A stretch of DNA of 64,000 bases from Octopus sinensis (taxonomy: Eukaryota). This document shows, piece by piece, positions 13,441 to 29,460 of this stretch; positions within the stretch are counted from its first letter, which is position 1, and each line of letters starts with the position of its first letter. Both the position numbers and the translations under genes were made by a program. The stretch lies in contig NC_043008.1 in the NCBI RefSeq assembly GCF_006345805.1, forward strand, positions 30,814,001-30,878,000. Reading direction: 5' to 3'. The notes below the pieces were generated by a model. That model did no database searches. It was not told the origin of the DNA and saw only the letters and a program-made list of their open reading frames with translations.

Positions 13441-14346
13441 CTAATAAAGTGTGAAGATGAGAAACAAAGATATGAATAAAGAATCGACCCACTTGTGGTG
13501 CATTAACTGATATTGTATTTATCGACTTTGAAAATTAAAGACCCACATAAGATTGAGCACCGCTCTAAAAGAATAAAACAAATACAAATAAATCACAATC
13601 AAGCCACTATGGAAATCTCTACGTTGTCCCAAATTCTCAAAGAAGTAGTTTCCGAGTCTCCTGAGAAATAGCTTCTTTAATAACATAGTCCTCTACATAA
13701 AAAGGAATGCTCATAGCACGAATATCTTTAACCACGAGCTCCGTCGATCATTCATGGCTAATTAGTTTGAAGATGGCTATTCAGTTGTTCAAATCTAACA
13801 AAATGAAATTTTATTTCTGGAGCTTAAGTAATCAATAAAAGAGATTGCAAAATTACGAACAAAAATAGAACTACTAGACAAATTTAATGAATCAGCCTGT
13901 CTGGTTGTTTTAAATGTCGTAGTTTGAATGTCTCGTGTTCAAATCCTGAGTGATTCTTTCATAAATCCATCAATAAATTGAATAGCTCAACAGAGACAGA
14001 CTAGCTTCTATTTTTAATCTGGTGCATAAAATGACGTCACATCTCTTCCTAATTCTTCTTTGCTTTTCAACCACAACCATGTGCCAATGTAAGAATACAA
14101 AACTATCACGTTCCTTGTTTATCTGTCTATTTATTAATCAACCAATCAGTTCAAATAGATAGTTAGATAAATAGATATACAGATCAATTGAATGAATGAG
14201 TGATTGATTAATTGATTGCTTGCTTGAATCATTCGCTTCTTTGTCTAGCTTGATAATGAATAAACAGATATAGACAGATGGAAAAACGTGCACACACACA
14301 CACACATACATATATACATATACATCTATATATACATAGCTATATA

Positions 14347-14382
<36 letters not shown>

Positions 14383-15049
14383 CTAACATATATACTTATA
14401 CATACATACACATATAGTGTGTGTGTAAGTGTGTGTGTGTATTTACATAGCTACACAGTAAAAGACCGGTAAATCTATATTAACTATGTATTAGTGCCCG
14501 AGTGTGTTCTGGTGTGTATAAAATGTGTGTGACAGTACAGAAAGAGAGGGACAATAAGATAGAGAAGAGGAGGGTTGCCAGTTTATCTTTCTTATTCTAT
14601 ATGTTGGTATAATCATTCTCCTGGAGATAGAAATAGGCATCCATACCTATCTATGTGCTTTCTGACAGTTCTAAAGAAATAATCTAACGCTGAAAAGCTG
14701 ACTTTAATAGTATCCTGCAGTACCACTGTTCGGGAAATTATTTTATATATTTATTTTCCTCAATACCCTTCATTCTTTAAATTAATCACTCATTCAGTCA
14801 GTCGAATTTCTAATCATCATCAGGCAATTTTTTTCTTCCTTCCTCAAATACATTCTGACAACGCATGAATTCAGACGACAGTCGACAGACATAAAGCATA
14901 ATATCAAACTTTAATCAATAAGACGATGACGATGACGGTGATAAACAGGAATAACAATGACGTACAGACAGAATCAGAAACTGAGGGAAAGAAATAATGA
15001 AAGAAATTAAGAAATTAACGTATATTAACGGAGTGAGGGAGAGAGAGAC

Positions 15050-15190
<141 letters not shown>

Positions 15191-15292
15191 GAAACATACC
15201 TACGTTCGCTATGACTGTTGATCAGAAATTGCTGGAGCTGTTTTCACGTTAAGCGTCATATTAGGACGATGGCTCTTCCAATTCCTTGAAGT

Positions 15293-15432
15293 CTCGGACA
15301 AAATGCCTTGACTCGTTTACTTTCCAAGTTCAAATACCGATGAGGTCAACTTTGCCTTTCATCATTCCTGTTTCAAGTATTGGGTTCGATTTAATCGCCA
15401 AACCCTTCTTTTTAAATTTCAGACCATGCGCA
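15293..15432 (+). mobile_element. SINE family B, degenerate
   Basis: AGTTCAAATACCGATGAGGTCAACTTTGCCTTTCATC core. Confidence 0.6.
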
Positions 15433-15961
15433 TATGTTATAAATTATATTAAACACCACCTGAGATCTATAAAGAAAACAAAAAGCGATGGCTGAAATGT
15501 TTGCTTAATTTTGTATTTATTGTTACTTACTGCTTCTTATTTTTGCCGCAACAGGCCATTGCTGTTACCCTCGCATCAAACCTTCATTTTACACGAGGGT
15601 TAAAGTCCTATTTAAATTCTTTATGACTCCATTTCGCATTATCTCGTTCAATTGTCATTTTATGGCCTCTTTTCATTTACCTTAAATTAGGATAATGCCC
15701 TCTGCTCTATGTAGTGATTTCTAATAACATTAGACCCTGCAGCAGAAACCAAGCATTAAATGTAAAGAAAATATTTACACACACGCGCGCACACACTCAC
15801 ACTGATATATGTATATATATATACATATATAAATATATATATATATTATATATACAATATATATGTATACATGAATGTATATATGCATATGTATATATAC
15901 ATATATATATATACATATACATATATATATACACACACACACACTCACACACACACACACG

Positions 15962-16030
<69 letters not shown>

Positions 16031-16229
16031 ATATATAATATATATATATACATATATATACAAAGGGGTTTGTATGATTGTGTATAGAAGAATATATTGC
16101 TCAAAGGAATTCCAACTCTGTTTTTCATGTTTTATTTATAATCTTATAATATTAATAGAAGATATAAAATAGTGTAGTAAAAAGAAATTGAACAAATGAA
16201 ATATTAAACATATGAAATGTTAAATGTTC

Positions 16230-18175
16230 ATTCTAATTGAAATAGTATACTCTCTTGCATTTATTCAATCTTCAGGTTGTGGTGACAGTCGTGTTCATTG
16301 GTATCAACTGTGGTTGACTGGTTAAATTTTGTCCTTTATCTACATTCCTGTGGATAGAAATAGTAGTTGCTTCGCTATTTTTGGAAATGATGCCATGCCA
16401 TTTTTCAGTGTTTATTTTTATAAATGCTGATAGAAGTACTTTTTAGAGATTTATATTTTATAAATATGGGGATAACATTTTAAAACTTTAAATAAGATTA
16501 TTTTTCATCATTGTTTATAAAGTTTTCTCTCATTTTTCTCTGTTTCATTCGGATTGTATAGTTTATGAAATGGAAATATTATAAATATTTTCCGGCAACT
16601 TGTTGCTAGATGGTTACTCAGCGGTATTTGACGGACTTCTGGATTTTTAATTTGTTGTCGGTGCACACGTGAGCGTTCTGATAGTGCATTGCCTGTCTGG
16701 CCAACATATAGTTCTTCACAATTAGGGCACTTGATGCAGTAGATTTAATTTCTGCTTTGGCAGTTCATATTTGCATTTATGAATATTCTCCTCGTTTTGT
16801 GTTCATATACGGGCCGGTATGAATTAATTGGCATGTACCGCATCGGCTATCATTGCCTTTAGGCACAGTAAATGGTTGGTCTTTGTTGATAAGGTCAAAC
16901 CTCACCTTTGTTAATAACTTTTTCAAGCTTTTAGGCTGTCTTTTACTGAAAGTCATAGTTTGGTCTGTAATGATATCTCTTAATTCCTTACTTTGAGCAA
17001 TGATTGATAGGTTTGCTTTAGCGATATCGAAGATGTTCTGGTGGCATGGATTGTGCGTCACTATAAATGGTATGATTTGTTCTTGTTTTTCTCTTCTTTG
17101 TGTTGTCCTCAGTTGTTGTGTGGGTATTTTCATAGCCGGCTGAATACTATTTTCTATAAGTAGGGACGGGTATTTTTGTTTGAGCAGAAATTCTTTCAGT
17201 TCCGTCAGGCGCTGATTCCTGATCTTCAAATCTTCTACAATGGTACAGATTCTTCTGGCTAAGCAGTATGGGATGTTACGTTTTGTATGCGGTGGATGGC
17301 ACGATTTAAAATTCAGGTATTGATGTGTATCTGTGTGTTTATAATATATATCTGTGGTAATGGTAGCGTTCTTTTTAATCACCATTATATCTAGGAATGG
17401 TAATTTGGTACTGCTCATCTCCTTTGTAAATTGGATGGATGGGTGTAGGTTGTTCAGGAGGATATTGAATTCTCCCACAGTGTTTTGAGATTTTGTCCAG
17501 ATTAGGAAGCAATCGTCGAGGTATCTTTTCCATGCCTTTTCAATATACTTCCTAAACTCAGTGTTGTATCTCTCCTCTATTTCCTGGTAGAGTTATTGTT
17601 CTCGGTATCCCATCACTGAATTCGCGTAAACGGGAGCAAACCTCCTTCCCAGGCTCGTGCCTTTAATTTGGGTGTAGTTCTTTCCATTGAAGAAGTGTTG
17701 TTTTCCAGAATAAGTCTGACAGGGTGCAATATAAATGTCACTGTGAATCTCTATGTTTATCTACCTAGTATTTAATCGCCTTTATTCCTAAATCATGTGG
17801 GATATTGGTGTAAAGGCTTACTACATCAAAACTCAGTAGGAGTGAGTTTGTTTCAGTTGTTTTGGGAAGATGAGACGGGAATCGATGTCATCCCGAATGA
17901 AGCTGGGTATGTAGATACATAGTGGTTTCAAAATAATGTCAACGAAATTGCTTAGACGATGGGCAGGGCACGCTGGGCCAGCTATAATTGGTCTTAGTTT
18001 TAAGTATTTTCTATATAATAATTTTATATATTCACTTCCTTGTTATTTTACTGTCTGTTGAATATATTCCGACTTAAATATTTTTGGTAAGCTGTAAAAG
18101 TTGCTGGGTTTTGGCTTGAAACTGGTGATGTGTTCTCTTTCATTGTCAGTGAGTGATTTGTAGTGTTTTGAAACC
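16230..18175 (-). pseudogene. Penelope-like retroelement, RT plus GIY-YIG endonuclease (disrupted)
   Basis: Motifs FYSLPKI..K, LRPIIAG, QIKGTSLG..FAP.YAN, WKRYLDDCFLIW, LPFLD, DIYYKHTDTHQYLNFKSCHP, C..C, IYCIKCPNCEELYVGQT. Contains stops and frameshifts. Confidence 0.92.
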
Positions 18176-18218
<43 letters not shown>

Positions 18219-18491
18219 ATATATTATATATATATGTATGTATGTGTGTGTGTGTATATGTGTATGTGTCTGTGTGTGTGTAATGTAAAATTAAAACAAC
18301 TTTAATTTTTTAACATTAGGTGAGGAAAATTTTATTCTATATTTTCATCTGTCATTTCTTATGTCTTACTTGTTTTAGTCATTAGACAGTGACCATGCTG
18401 GGGTTCCACCTTCAAGAATATTTTTTATCGAACATATTGAGCCCAGTACATTTCGATCCCCTGGTAGTTATTCTATCGGGGGATTCTGCCG

Positions 18492-19326
<835 letters not shown>

Positions 19327-19329
19327 TTG

Positions 19330-20510
19330 TATAGATAACAACACCCAGACGGAGGAAATATTTTCATTTATATAGAAGATCAAAAATAAAATTGCAGATG
19401 ACAAAAAGAGAAACGAACACGAAATCCAGCGAGGAAAGTATTGAAAATAACCGTTAACAGCTATGGATGCATAAACGCCCACGGGCAAACTGCATGGCGC
19501 GAGTACACACGCTCATACAAGCAACAGCAAAATGTGAACATACGCACACGTGAGGTTTGGTGCAATCATGGTCGTAAAGTGAGTTAGATATTTACCTGGT
19601 GTTTATAAGAATGGGGAGGTTAAAAGTAAACTTAAGTCATCCGTTCCTTAAAGTAAATTAAATTAAATTAAGTTAACGGTTACTCAAAATTCATTCTCAC
19701 TGCAATGTGCGAAAGTACATTTATATGTGTGTAGGTATCTCAAGAGTCGTTCAGAAATTCTATTAATTATCTTCTCGTTAGTCCACAGAATTCATCGGAG
19801 CAGAGACGGCATCTCCTGGAAATTATATTGTATGCTTTTTCACACCTTACTATGAACCAATTAATGCTGTACTTTGTTTTATCTTCCTTCGGTCGCCATA
19901 TAAAACCTGCCATGTTGATTGTCTCTTATTGATTGTCTTAAAGCTGGCAACATGGTTATGATAACGATTCTTAAATGAATCAGCCGTCTGCCCTATGTAG
20001 ACATAGGGCCCTTCCCTTGTGTGCACGGTACATTTATATACAAGATTTGTACTCAAACAGAGATTCATCAAAAGACATTTTGATTTATCTCTGCATGGGA
20101 ATTTATCGAATTTATTTGTATATAAGGTAGTCCTGACTCCATTAACCGGCGTTGTTACTGTGCTAGCTGTACCATTAGTATTTCTACTACTACAAATTGG
20201 TCATAGTTGGTGTTTATCAATTCGGTTTACATCTCCTTCGTTGGTATTTAGATGCAAATGTTTGCTAGATCCAGTAGGTGGGTTATTGAACCTTTGCTGC
20301 GTTTTGCTAGTGTTCATGCGATGCATAAGCTGCTCTAGATTAGCAGAGTTGGCGTATGATACATTCACCGTGTATCGATTAAAAATAGCATGATACCGAT
20401 TAAATTTTGGAAAACACTTCTCCAAAGCAGCAAAAAATTTTCCAGTGATCTTGTTTGAAACATGCAAACCGAAAATTGGGCTGAACCAGAGGACATCCTG
20501 ATTCTTATAT
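19330..20510 (-). pseudogene. Penelope-like element 3' half (linker plus GIY-YIG)
   Basis: WFSP, FPKFNRYHAIFNRYTVNVSY, CLSTNLVYKCTV...YIGQTADSFKNRYHNH..SF, W.I..., CRLC. Frameshifted. Confidence 0.85.
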
Positions 20511-20704
20511 CTATAGTTACGCTTATTTGATCGAGTGTGTTGTACAGGATTGGATCAAACAGTTGAATTATTATGTCATATGTGTCTATGAGTTTCCGTT
20601 GGGAGTTCATTGATATGACGTTGTGGTGGTATACGATGTGCATCGCAGCTGTAGGAATTACCAGTGTTACTTGGGCTTCTTTCAATTTCTGTCTTTCAAA
20701 TCCC

Positions 20705-20831
20705 CTCACAAGGCTTTGGTTTGCTCGAGGCTATAGTAGAAGACATTTGTGCAAGGTGACACGCAGCGGGATTGAATCCTGAAACATGTAGTTGAGAAGT
20801 AAGTTTCTTATCACACAGCCACAGCTGCGTC
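20705..20831 (-). mobile_element. SINE family A head
   Basis: AGACGCAGCTGTGGCTGTGTGATAAG...GGATTCAATCCCGCTGCG. Confidence 0.8.
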
Positions 20832-21412
20832 TATATATGTGAATACGTATGAAAAATATATAAGATACGTTTTCACAGAAAAAATGTTTCTGTATTCATC
20901 TGAAAATATATTGGTATGCATATTCTTAAGGTTGATTTGAAATGTATAATTTATACAAATATATATATTTAAAAAGGGAGGAGGGTGGAAGGGAGCAAGG
21001 AGAAATAAGGCGCCAGATGTTGCTTCCAGACTTTTGTATTGAAAAAGATTTTAGTGTACGCATTTGTTAGTCATATTTAAGTGACATGGATCTGATTTCC
21101 CCGATTTCACCCTCAAAGTTTTATGTAATTTTCCATACTTTTTTCATATTAAAAACATTTGCGTTCTAATGATTCAGTAGGCATGTCGGCTAACATTTCC
21201 AAAAAGGGGACTAACTTCGGGTTGCAATTTTTTATTTCTTTCATAGCTTGAGATCTAAAGTAATTCATTACTGTTTTTATAAGAAGGATGTTATCTCTTT
21301 CCTAGAGTATCACTCCAATTTTTGGGGTGAGATTATTGTATCTGATATATGTGCTGCTATCGTTGTTATTCTTGCTACTGGTCTAAATCGAGTGCGTGCG
21401 TGTGTATGTATC

Positions 21413-21459
<47 letters not shown>

Positions 21460-21529
21460 CTATGTATCTATAGATATGTATATATATATATATGTATCTA
21501 TGTATCTATAGATATGTATATATATATAT

Positions 21530-21744
21530 ATATAATTAAATAATAAAGATAGAAATTGATATTAATCAATTGAAGCCAGTGGCTTAGCATATTTAAGAAA
21601 TCCAAAGATTAAAAATTGCTACATACAAAATTAAGAGGAATGACCACTAAAGTGGAGACCTAATAGGCTAAACATAGACGTCAAATCGCCATTACCACGA
21701 AGAGTGTGTTTTCAAGAAAAATCTGCTGAGATTCTTCTTAATTT

Positions 21745-21750
<6 letters not shown>
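21530..21750. mobile_element. PLE-end-like fragment related to the 491-nt unit
   Basis: Sits in (TA)n and shares ATAATTAA..., CCAGTGGCTTAG and GAGGAATGACCA with the start of the 42762 unit. Confidence 0.4.
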
Positions 21751-21794
<44 letters not shown>

Positions 21795-21848
21795 TTATGC
21801 AAACACAGTATTGGTAAAAAGATTCTTTTAAGTAAAAATGTATGTATA

Positions 21849-23077
21849 CAGGGGTTGGAGGAAATAATGAAAACACCTATCATCATAGCATCATAATTTT
21901 GAAATATCTATAAAACCATGAAAAGCTTGTTATTTTTATGTTTCTTGATTTATTACTAGTGTTGCTTAATATGTTTTGCTAAAATTGCTGTTTCTTTTCC
22001 GATATCATTAGAAAAAGCTAATTAAAATGATAGATCTATCGTACTTTCAAAGAGATCAAATTGTTGGTGCCCGTATGCCAGTCGCTAGTGTAACGAAAAC
22101 AGCCGAAATGTTTGGTGCATCAAGAAGTAATGTCTCGAATGTAATGACAACCTTTGAGAAAGAGGGAAAAACCTCCTCTTCGAAACAAAACTCCGGAAGA
22201 AAGCCAAAACTTTCAGATAGGGACCGTCAGACTCTTACGCGAATTGTTAGAAAGGATCACAAGTACAGCTCCCAAAATTACTGCAGAGCTTAATGACTAC
22301 CTCTACAACCCAGTTTCAACAAAAGTTGTTCGCCGGGAGCTGCGCAAAGCTCACGGTAGGGCTGCAATCAGAAAAACCACTACTTTCAAAAACAAACGTT
22401 GTAAAGCGTTTAGAGTGGAGTAAAAACCTACAGAACTAGTCCCTAGAGCAGTGAAAGAATGTTTTCTTGGACGAGTTGTCCTTTACCCTATTTCCGACCA
22501 CTGGCCGAGTAAACGTGTGGAGACAGCCAAAAGAAGCATTTGACCCAGACTGCATGGAGAGGGATCTGAGATGATCTGCTGGGCTATATAATGGAAATCA
22601 GCCGGGCCAATGGTTTCCCTTCATGGCAAAATTAATGGTGAAGACTATTTACGCATTTTATCTGATGAAATTCATCCTATAGTTGCGGAACTGTTTCGGG
22701 GGGAAATGCAATCTTTCAAAATGATAATGCACCAATTCACACAGATAGAGTTGTTACTGAATGGCACGAGGAACATTCTAATGAAGTTGAACATCTTATC
22801 TGGCCACCACAGTCCCCAGATCTCAATATTATTGAATATTTATGGTGCATTTTAGAAAAACAAGTAAGGAGTCGATATCCCCCACCATCATCACTACAGG
22901 AACTGGAGACTGTGTTAGCTGAAGAATGGACAACAATTCCTTTGGAAACAATTCAAACTTTGTACGAATCCATACCTTGTAGAATTCAAGCTGTAATTAC
23001 TGCCAAAGGCGGTCCTATCCCCATATTCAAATAAATTTGAAATGTTAAGTTGTTTCCATTATTTTGTCCATCCCCTG
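21849..23077 (+). mobile_element. Tc1-like DNA transposon, full length, transposase disrupted (from 22027)
   Basis: TIRs CAGGGGTTGGAGGAAATAATGAAAACA / TGTTTCCATTATTTTGTCCATCCCCTG, TA at the left end. Motifs DLSYFQRDQIVGAR, SGRKPKLSDRDR, DNAPIH, WPPQSPDLNIIE.LW, AKGGP. Confidence 0.95.
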
Positions 23078-23081
23078 TGTA

Positions 23082-23255
23082 TATATATTCGATAAAATTA
23101 GTAGAGATGATTTGGTGGGGGAGATAATTTTTATTTTAATCTTAATAATAATATTTACTCACTTCAAACAACATTATCATTAACATCATAAAGATTAAAT
23201 AAAAATTATCACCACCAAAATAGCCATCTTTACTCATTTTTTCAAATATATATAA
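23082..23255. repeat. Inverted repeat with ~60-bp diverged arms
   Basis: ATATATTCGATAAAATTAGTAGAGATG...GATAATTTTTATTTTAATCTT versus AAGATTAAATAAAAATTATC...CATCTTTACTCATTTTTTCAAATATAT. Confidence 0.7.
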
Positions 23256-24288
23256 TACTGTACCAAGATCCTTATTGTTATCGTTCCACTGTATGTATCA
23301 TAGACGGAATGGAACTTTTCCAGTACTTACAGTAAAATAAGTGTAACTTTTTACCTTGTCATTGTTTTTCGTTGTGATTAAATTTGTATCGATTCTGTGA
23401 GTTTAGATCAAACCCATATAAACCCTGCATGCTCTATGAATCCAAAAAGTGCTTTTCAGCAATGGAAACTACATTGAGCATTTGTAAACCCTACCTGAGT
23501 GAAATTCAAATCAAACTGCATTTGGCAAAACAATTGGCAAAACAATTGGCAAAACAGTTCAAGTCACACTTTGATCATAATACATCTTAATGAACTAGGA
23601 AATTTGTCTAAACTGATAGATTGTTTGCTTGTAATTGAAGAGTAGACGTGCTATTGGACATTTCCATGTTTAGAATACATACAAGTGATGAAAAGTGCCC
23701 ATTGCAAAAAGCAGAATCCACCCCCAAACCAGGACTGCACCTGAAAATAGTTATACTCTGTGTTCGGTGGAATACTATCGTGAAATATCAAATCAAATCG
23801 AAACAGTTAATACGGAGAATTATTATCATTAATGGTTAATCATAAAAGAATGTTGCACTTACACGATAATAGAAGCCTACATTTTGCCAAAGTCATTCAG
23901 GAAAAGATTATGGCACTGACAGCCCCAGTTCTCTATTTTCTCACTTAAGCCGGCAAAATTGGAACTCCAGTACAGAATAGATCTAAAAATTTAACAATTC
24001 CTAAGTTACTTCTTTTTTTGCTTTTGGTATTGCAAATTCTTTTTTTATGTTTGGACATCACTTTTTGTTGTTGTCCTCAGAGTAGTTGTAAGAATGATAA
24101 TAAATTGCTTATGTGCATAATTTTTACATAAAATTCATCTACATATCATTAAAATAATTTATTAAGAAGATTTTTTTTAATTAACAAAATGTTTTTTCTT
24201 TTCCCTAATCAATTTAACGTCCTGCCTATTAAAATCGATGCAAGCATTGTAAATATTGAAGTGGCTATCGGTATGCTAATAGCATGTA

Positions 24289-24386
<98 letters not shown>

Positions 24387-24864
24387 AGAGAGAGGAAGAA
24401 TGGAGAAAGTGACAGGCGGGCAGACAGACGAAAAAGAGAAAAATAATATAGAGATGCACATGAAGTAGGGCAGTGCAATTTTACTTTATCTCGGCAAGAT
24501 ATTTAATCAGTGATAATGCACTACGACTGAAACATTCGTTGATGTTATGACTTAATGCCTATGAGAATAAAGCAAACTGGAATGTAGGACTTCAAATATA
24601 CAATATACAATAAAATACAAATAATATTTGATAATACATAAAATATAATGTAATAACTATTGCAACTTTTAAACAGATATCGAAATGTAAATAATGAAAA
24701 TGTCAATGTCTAATCTGTAATAAAAACATGACTAAGAAATATGAACATATATATAGCGATTTTAAACTATGTATTGTGAAAAAATAAGGCAGTGAATTTA
24801 TATACTGAAATGTATAACTAAGTTTAATATATGACAAAATATGAGATATGAAATATGGAATACA

Positions 24865-26249
<1,385 letters not shown>

Positions 26250-26414
26250 GGGTGGCCCCAAAGCGCGCGACTCGCTACGTCGTGCTTGCTGAGGGCAAAG
26301 TGCGTTAGCTCGTTTCCGTCAGTTAGCCGTACCAGCGCTTTCGTGGTGACGGGCCCGGTCGAGAGTAGCGCGTCCGTTCCGCCGCCGGCCGGCTGGCCGA
26401 AGTGGACAACGGCA
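26250..26414. other. GC/CpG-rich insert of unknown origin
   Basis: Abrupt GC-rich segment that begins exactly where the mariner TIR is cut. Confidence 0.6.
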
Positions 26415-27883
26415 GAATGTTTTAAAGAACGAGATGAAGTACATGAAAAACGCTAGTAACACACAGACAAATATGGGTGAAAATCGAACAATTATTTTGT
26501 TCAACCTTACATTTAGCTTCAATGTTACTTTTAATACAGCCAAATGTATACGCATTTCACTAGCTCAAATAGATAACGAAATAGATAACAAGTGAGGCGT
26601 TTTGCATAAAAATAGTTACGCAAAACGCCTCACTTCTTTAATTCTTAAGACTGAGAGAAGAAACCACAACAGACATGTAAATAGAATTACAAAGCTAATA
26701 ATAACAGATATGAATTCCGATTGTTCTGTGACTGTAATCTCACAACTTGATATACATAAAACATACTCTATGACGAATCATAGAAATATCCAAACAAAGC
26801 ACTGACGTTTTGTGGTACATGGATAAAACCCCATTACACTAAACTGAGTAAATTCAAAAGTCTTGTTTCTTCTGCAGATTATCTGCTTGATGTTTGTTCA
26901 TAAATAAAGAGAAAACAAGTGGCTTGCATATTTTTTTAATTAATAGATCTTAAAATAATTTCGCTGATTTTACTTATTTCGTAGGAGTATGTAATAGTAT
27001 ATCTGGAGTATACAGAAAACATAATAGATAAGTCAATCATTGAAAACACTGCCATACCGCAATTGATCCAATTGTTATCAAGACAGCTGAATAGCAAAAA
27101 TTTTACATCCCAACTTAAGACTAACTCTGGTAAAAACATTGTTTAAATTTGTCGAAAAGTGCCTAAATGAGACATTTTTAATTGCAGACGAGCAATCTAC
27201 CTATATACATCTAACAACAAGAAAAATAAGTTTTAGCAACCTTTTAAATATTTCAAGTTTAAAGATATCAACTTTTGTAAGCATTTCACAAAAATCTACT
27301 ATAATAATACTCTTGTGTATTTCGTTGTCACAACATATGAATGAGAAAGGAAGGGGTGATAGATGAATAAAGGACAGTGTGAAGGCAAACTTAGTAGTGG
27401 AATGATGGAAGTTCAAGAGGAAAAAAATCAAACTGCGTTTCAACTCAGCGTGAGTATATATGTGTGTATGTAAAAGGGAGTCATGTGAATGTGTGTATGT
27501 TTGTGTGCGTGTATGCATGTATGTGTGTCTGTGTGTGTAACTGTGTGTCTGTGTTTGTGTTTGTGTGCATGTCTGTCTGCAATGGAAGCGGGATGGTGAA
27601 CATTCAACGCTGGAAAGAAAAAATCAGTGTTTCAACTCTGTGTGTGTGTATATGTATGTATGTGTGTGCGTGTACAAGTGAAGTATGTGAATATTTATAT
27701 CTGTGATTATTTTGTACCTTATTTATATATAAAATACTACCATTAGCCGTCAGTAGAGGCACGGGGCCAGCTAGTTATTTCATAAGCGTCTTGAACATAG
27801 TCATTGTAACGTTTTAATTCATCAAGATAATTTGTTAATAATTTTTGCATTGGTTTCTAGTCTGTTATCGTTTTCATGTAACA

Positions 27884-28287
27884 CTAGCACTATGACCTGG
27901 TGTTGCCGGGTCTAATGCTAGTGCTTGTTGTTCGTTGCTGGGTCGCAGTAAAGATTTCTCACTAAACCAAGAGCTAAGTTTCTTATCACATTTCAGCCCG
28001 GGCCAGTTTCGTTGTTTATGAGTTAGTTGGAGTTTTTTTATGAGAGTAATTAATATTCATTGGACTTCGGCAAAGCCCATATGCCCATAACTTATGGGCA
28101 TAAGGGGTCGGTTTATCGATTTTTTAATGGCTTTCTGGGGTGACTGGGGAAATGAAAAGATCTCCGCGACCACCCTTGGACAGTTTTGAAAGCCTATAGA
28201 AAATGCGAGCCGTTTACGTGAAAAATTGTGAATTTGTATAAAGGACACACAGATACACAGACATTTTGCTGTTTATAGATATAGAGA
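27884..28287 (-). mobile_element. Non-autonomous Helitron-like element
   Basis: Minus-strand 5' A^TCTCTATATCTATAAACAGCAAAATGTCTGTG. 3' hairpin GACCCGG-CAACA-CCAGGTC followed by GCTAG^T. Confidence 0.7.
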
Positions 28288-28424
28288 TTTTCAGTCAAAT
28301 TTGCTTACATTTTTAACTTCTATCGCTGATATAGTTATCCTTTAAATTTTCTTTTCATATTTATTTATAGCTTATATGTAACCTTCAACACGGTATGTAT
28401 GTTTCTGTACATACATATGTATAT

Positions 28425-29099
28425 TAGGTGGGGCGAAAGGGCTGCAGTTGTAGTAGAGACAAAAAAGTTTCACGGAGAGAATAAGATTATTTACAAAATC
28501 AACGGGCAAATCTAAAAATGAGCATTGGTGGAATGGTTAGAAAGGTTGATAAGAAAGAATCGGCTAGATCACAGTCTCGCTCTTCTACATCAGCAAAGGA
28601 AAGATTTTTGGTTTCTGCCTTTTGCCAAAGAAGAATTATCTTTTCTGCTACAATCTTGGCAATTTGTTTATTATATTCTGATGTGTGTGTAATCTAGATA
28701 TCAAGTGACACATATATTCGGTAACCTAGTTTTAAAAATGATAAAGAAAACAAAATCGAAAAGTCTATTTATTTCACATAATTTCAAAATTTGCGAAGCT
28801 TGGAGATATAATTTTTAGAGCCTGAGATTTTAACACTCTCGTTTCTAAAGAATTATGCAAAAAAATATCGATTCGCAACAATGAATGTAAAAAATAAAAC
28901 GAGGAACGGCAAACGTGATATAAATTGATTTTTCGCTCATTATTCAAAGTTTCAAGTGAGCTGCAGAGCCTGTAGATGTAAATTTAAGAACTTCAGATTT
29001 TCACACGGTTGTTTTTAAAGAACTTCGCAATACAAAATATATTCATAAAAAACATATTTTGAAAATTTGTGTAAAAAGTACCTTCTTCCTTCCACCCTA
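28425..29099. mobile_element. Internally deleted DNA transposon, homologous to 53780-54345
   Basis: Ends TAGGTGGGG.. / ..TCCACCCTA. ~550 bp co-linear with the copy at 53.8-54.35 kb. Confidence 0.65.
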
Positions 29100-29100
29100 T

Positions 29101-29295
29101 GATTTCAAATTTTGGCACAAAGCCAGTAATTTAGGTGTGGAGCAGGCCGGTTACATTGACCACAGGGCTCAACTGGTACTCTTTTTATCGTCCCCGAAAG
29201 GGATAAAAAGCAAAATCGACCTTGGCGGAATTTGAACTCAGAACACAAACACGGACGAAATGCCACTAAGGATTTTGCCAAATGTTCAAACAATT
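29101..29295 (-). mobile_element. SINE family B
   Basis: Same core as 7116-7329. Confidence 0.85.
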
Positions 29296-29421
29296 ATGTT
29301 TGCATATGTTTGTATGTATGTATGTATGTATATGTATATATATTTATACATATACATATATATATTATATGCATATGCATATATATATACATATATATAT
29401 ATATGTATATATATATATATG

Positions 29422-29459
<38 letters not shown>

Positions 29460-29460
<1 letters not shown>

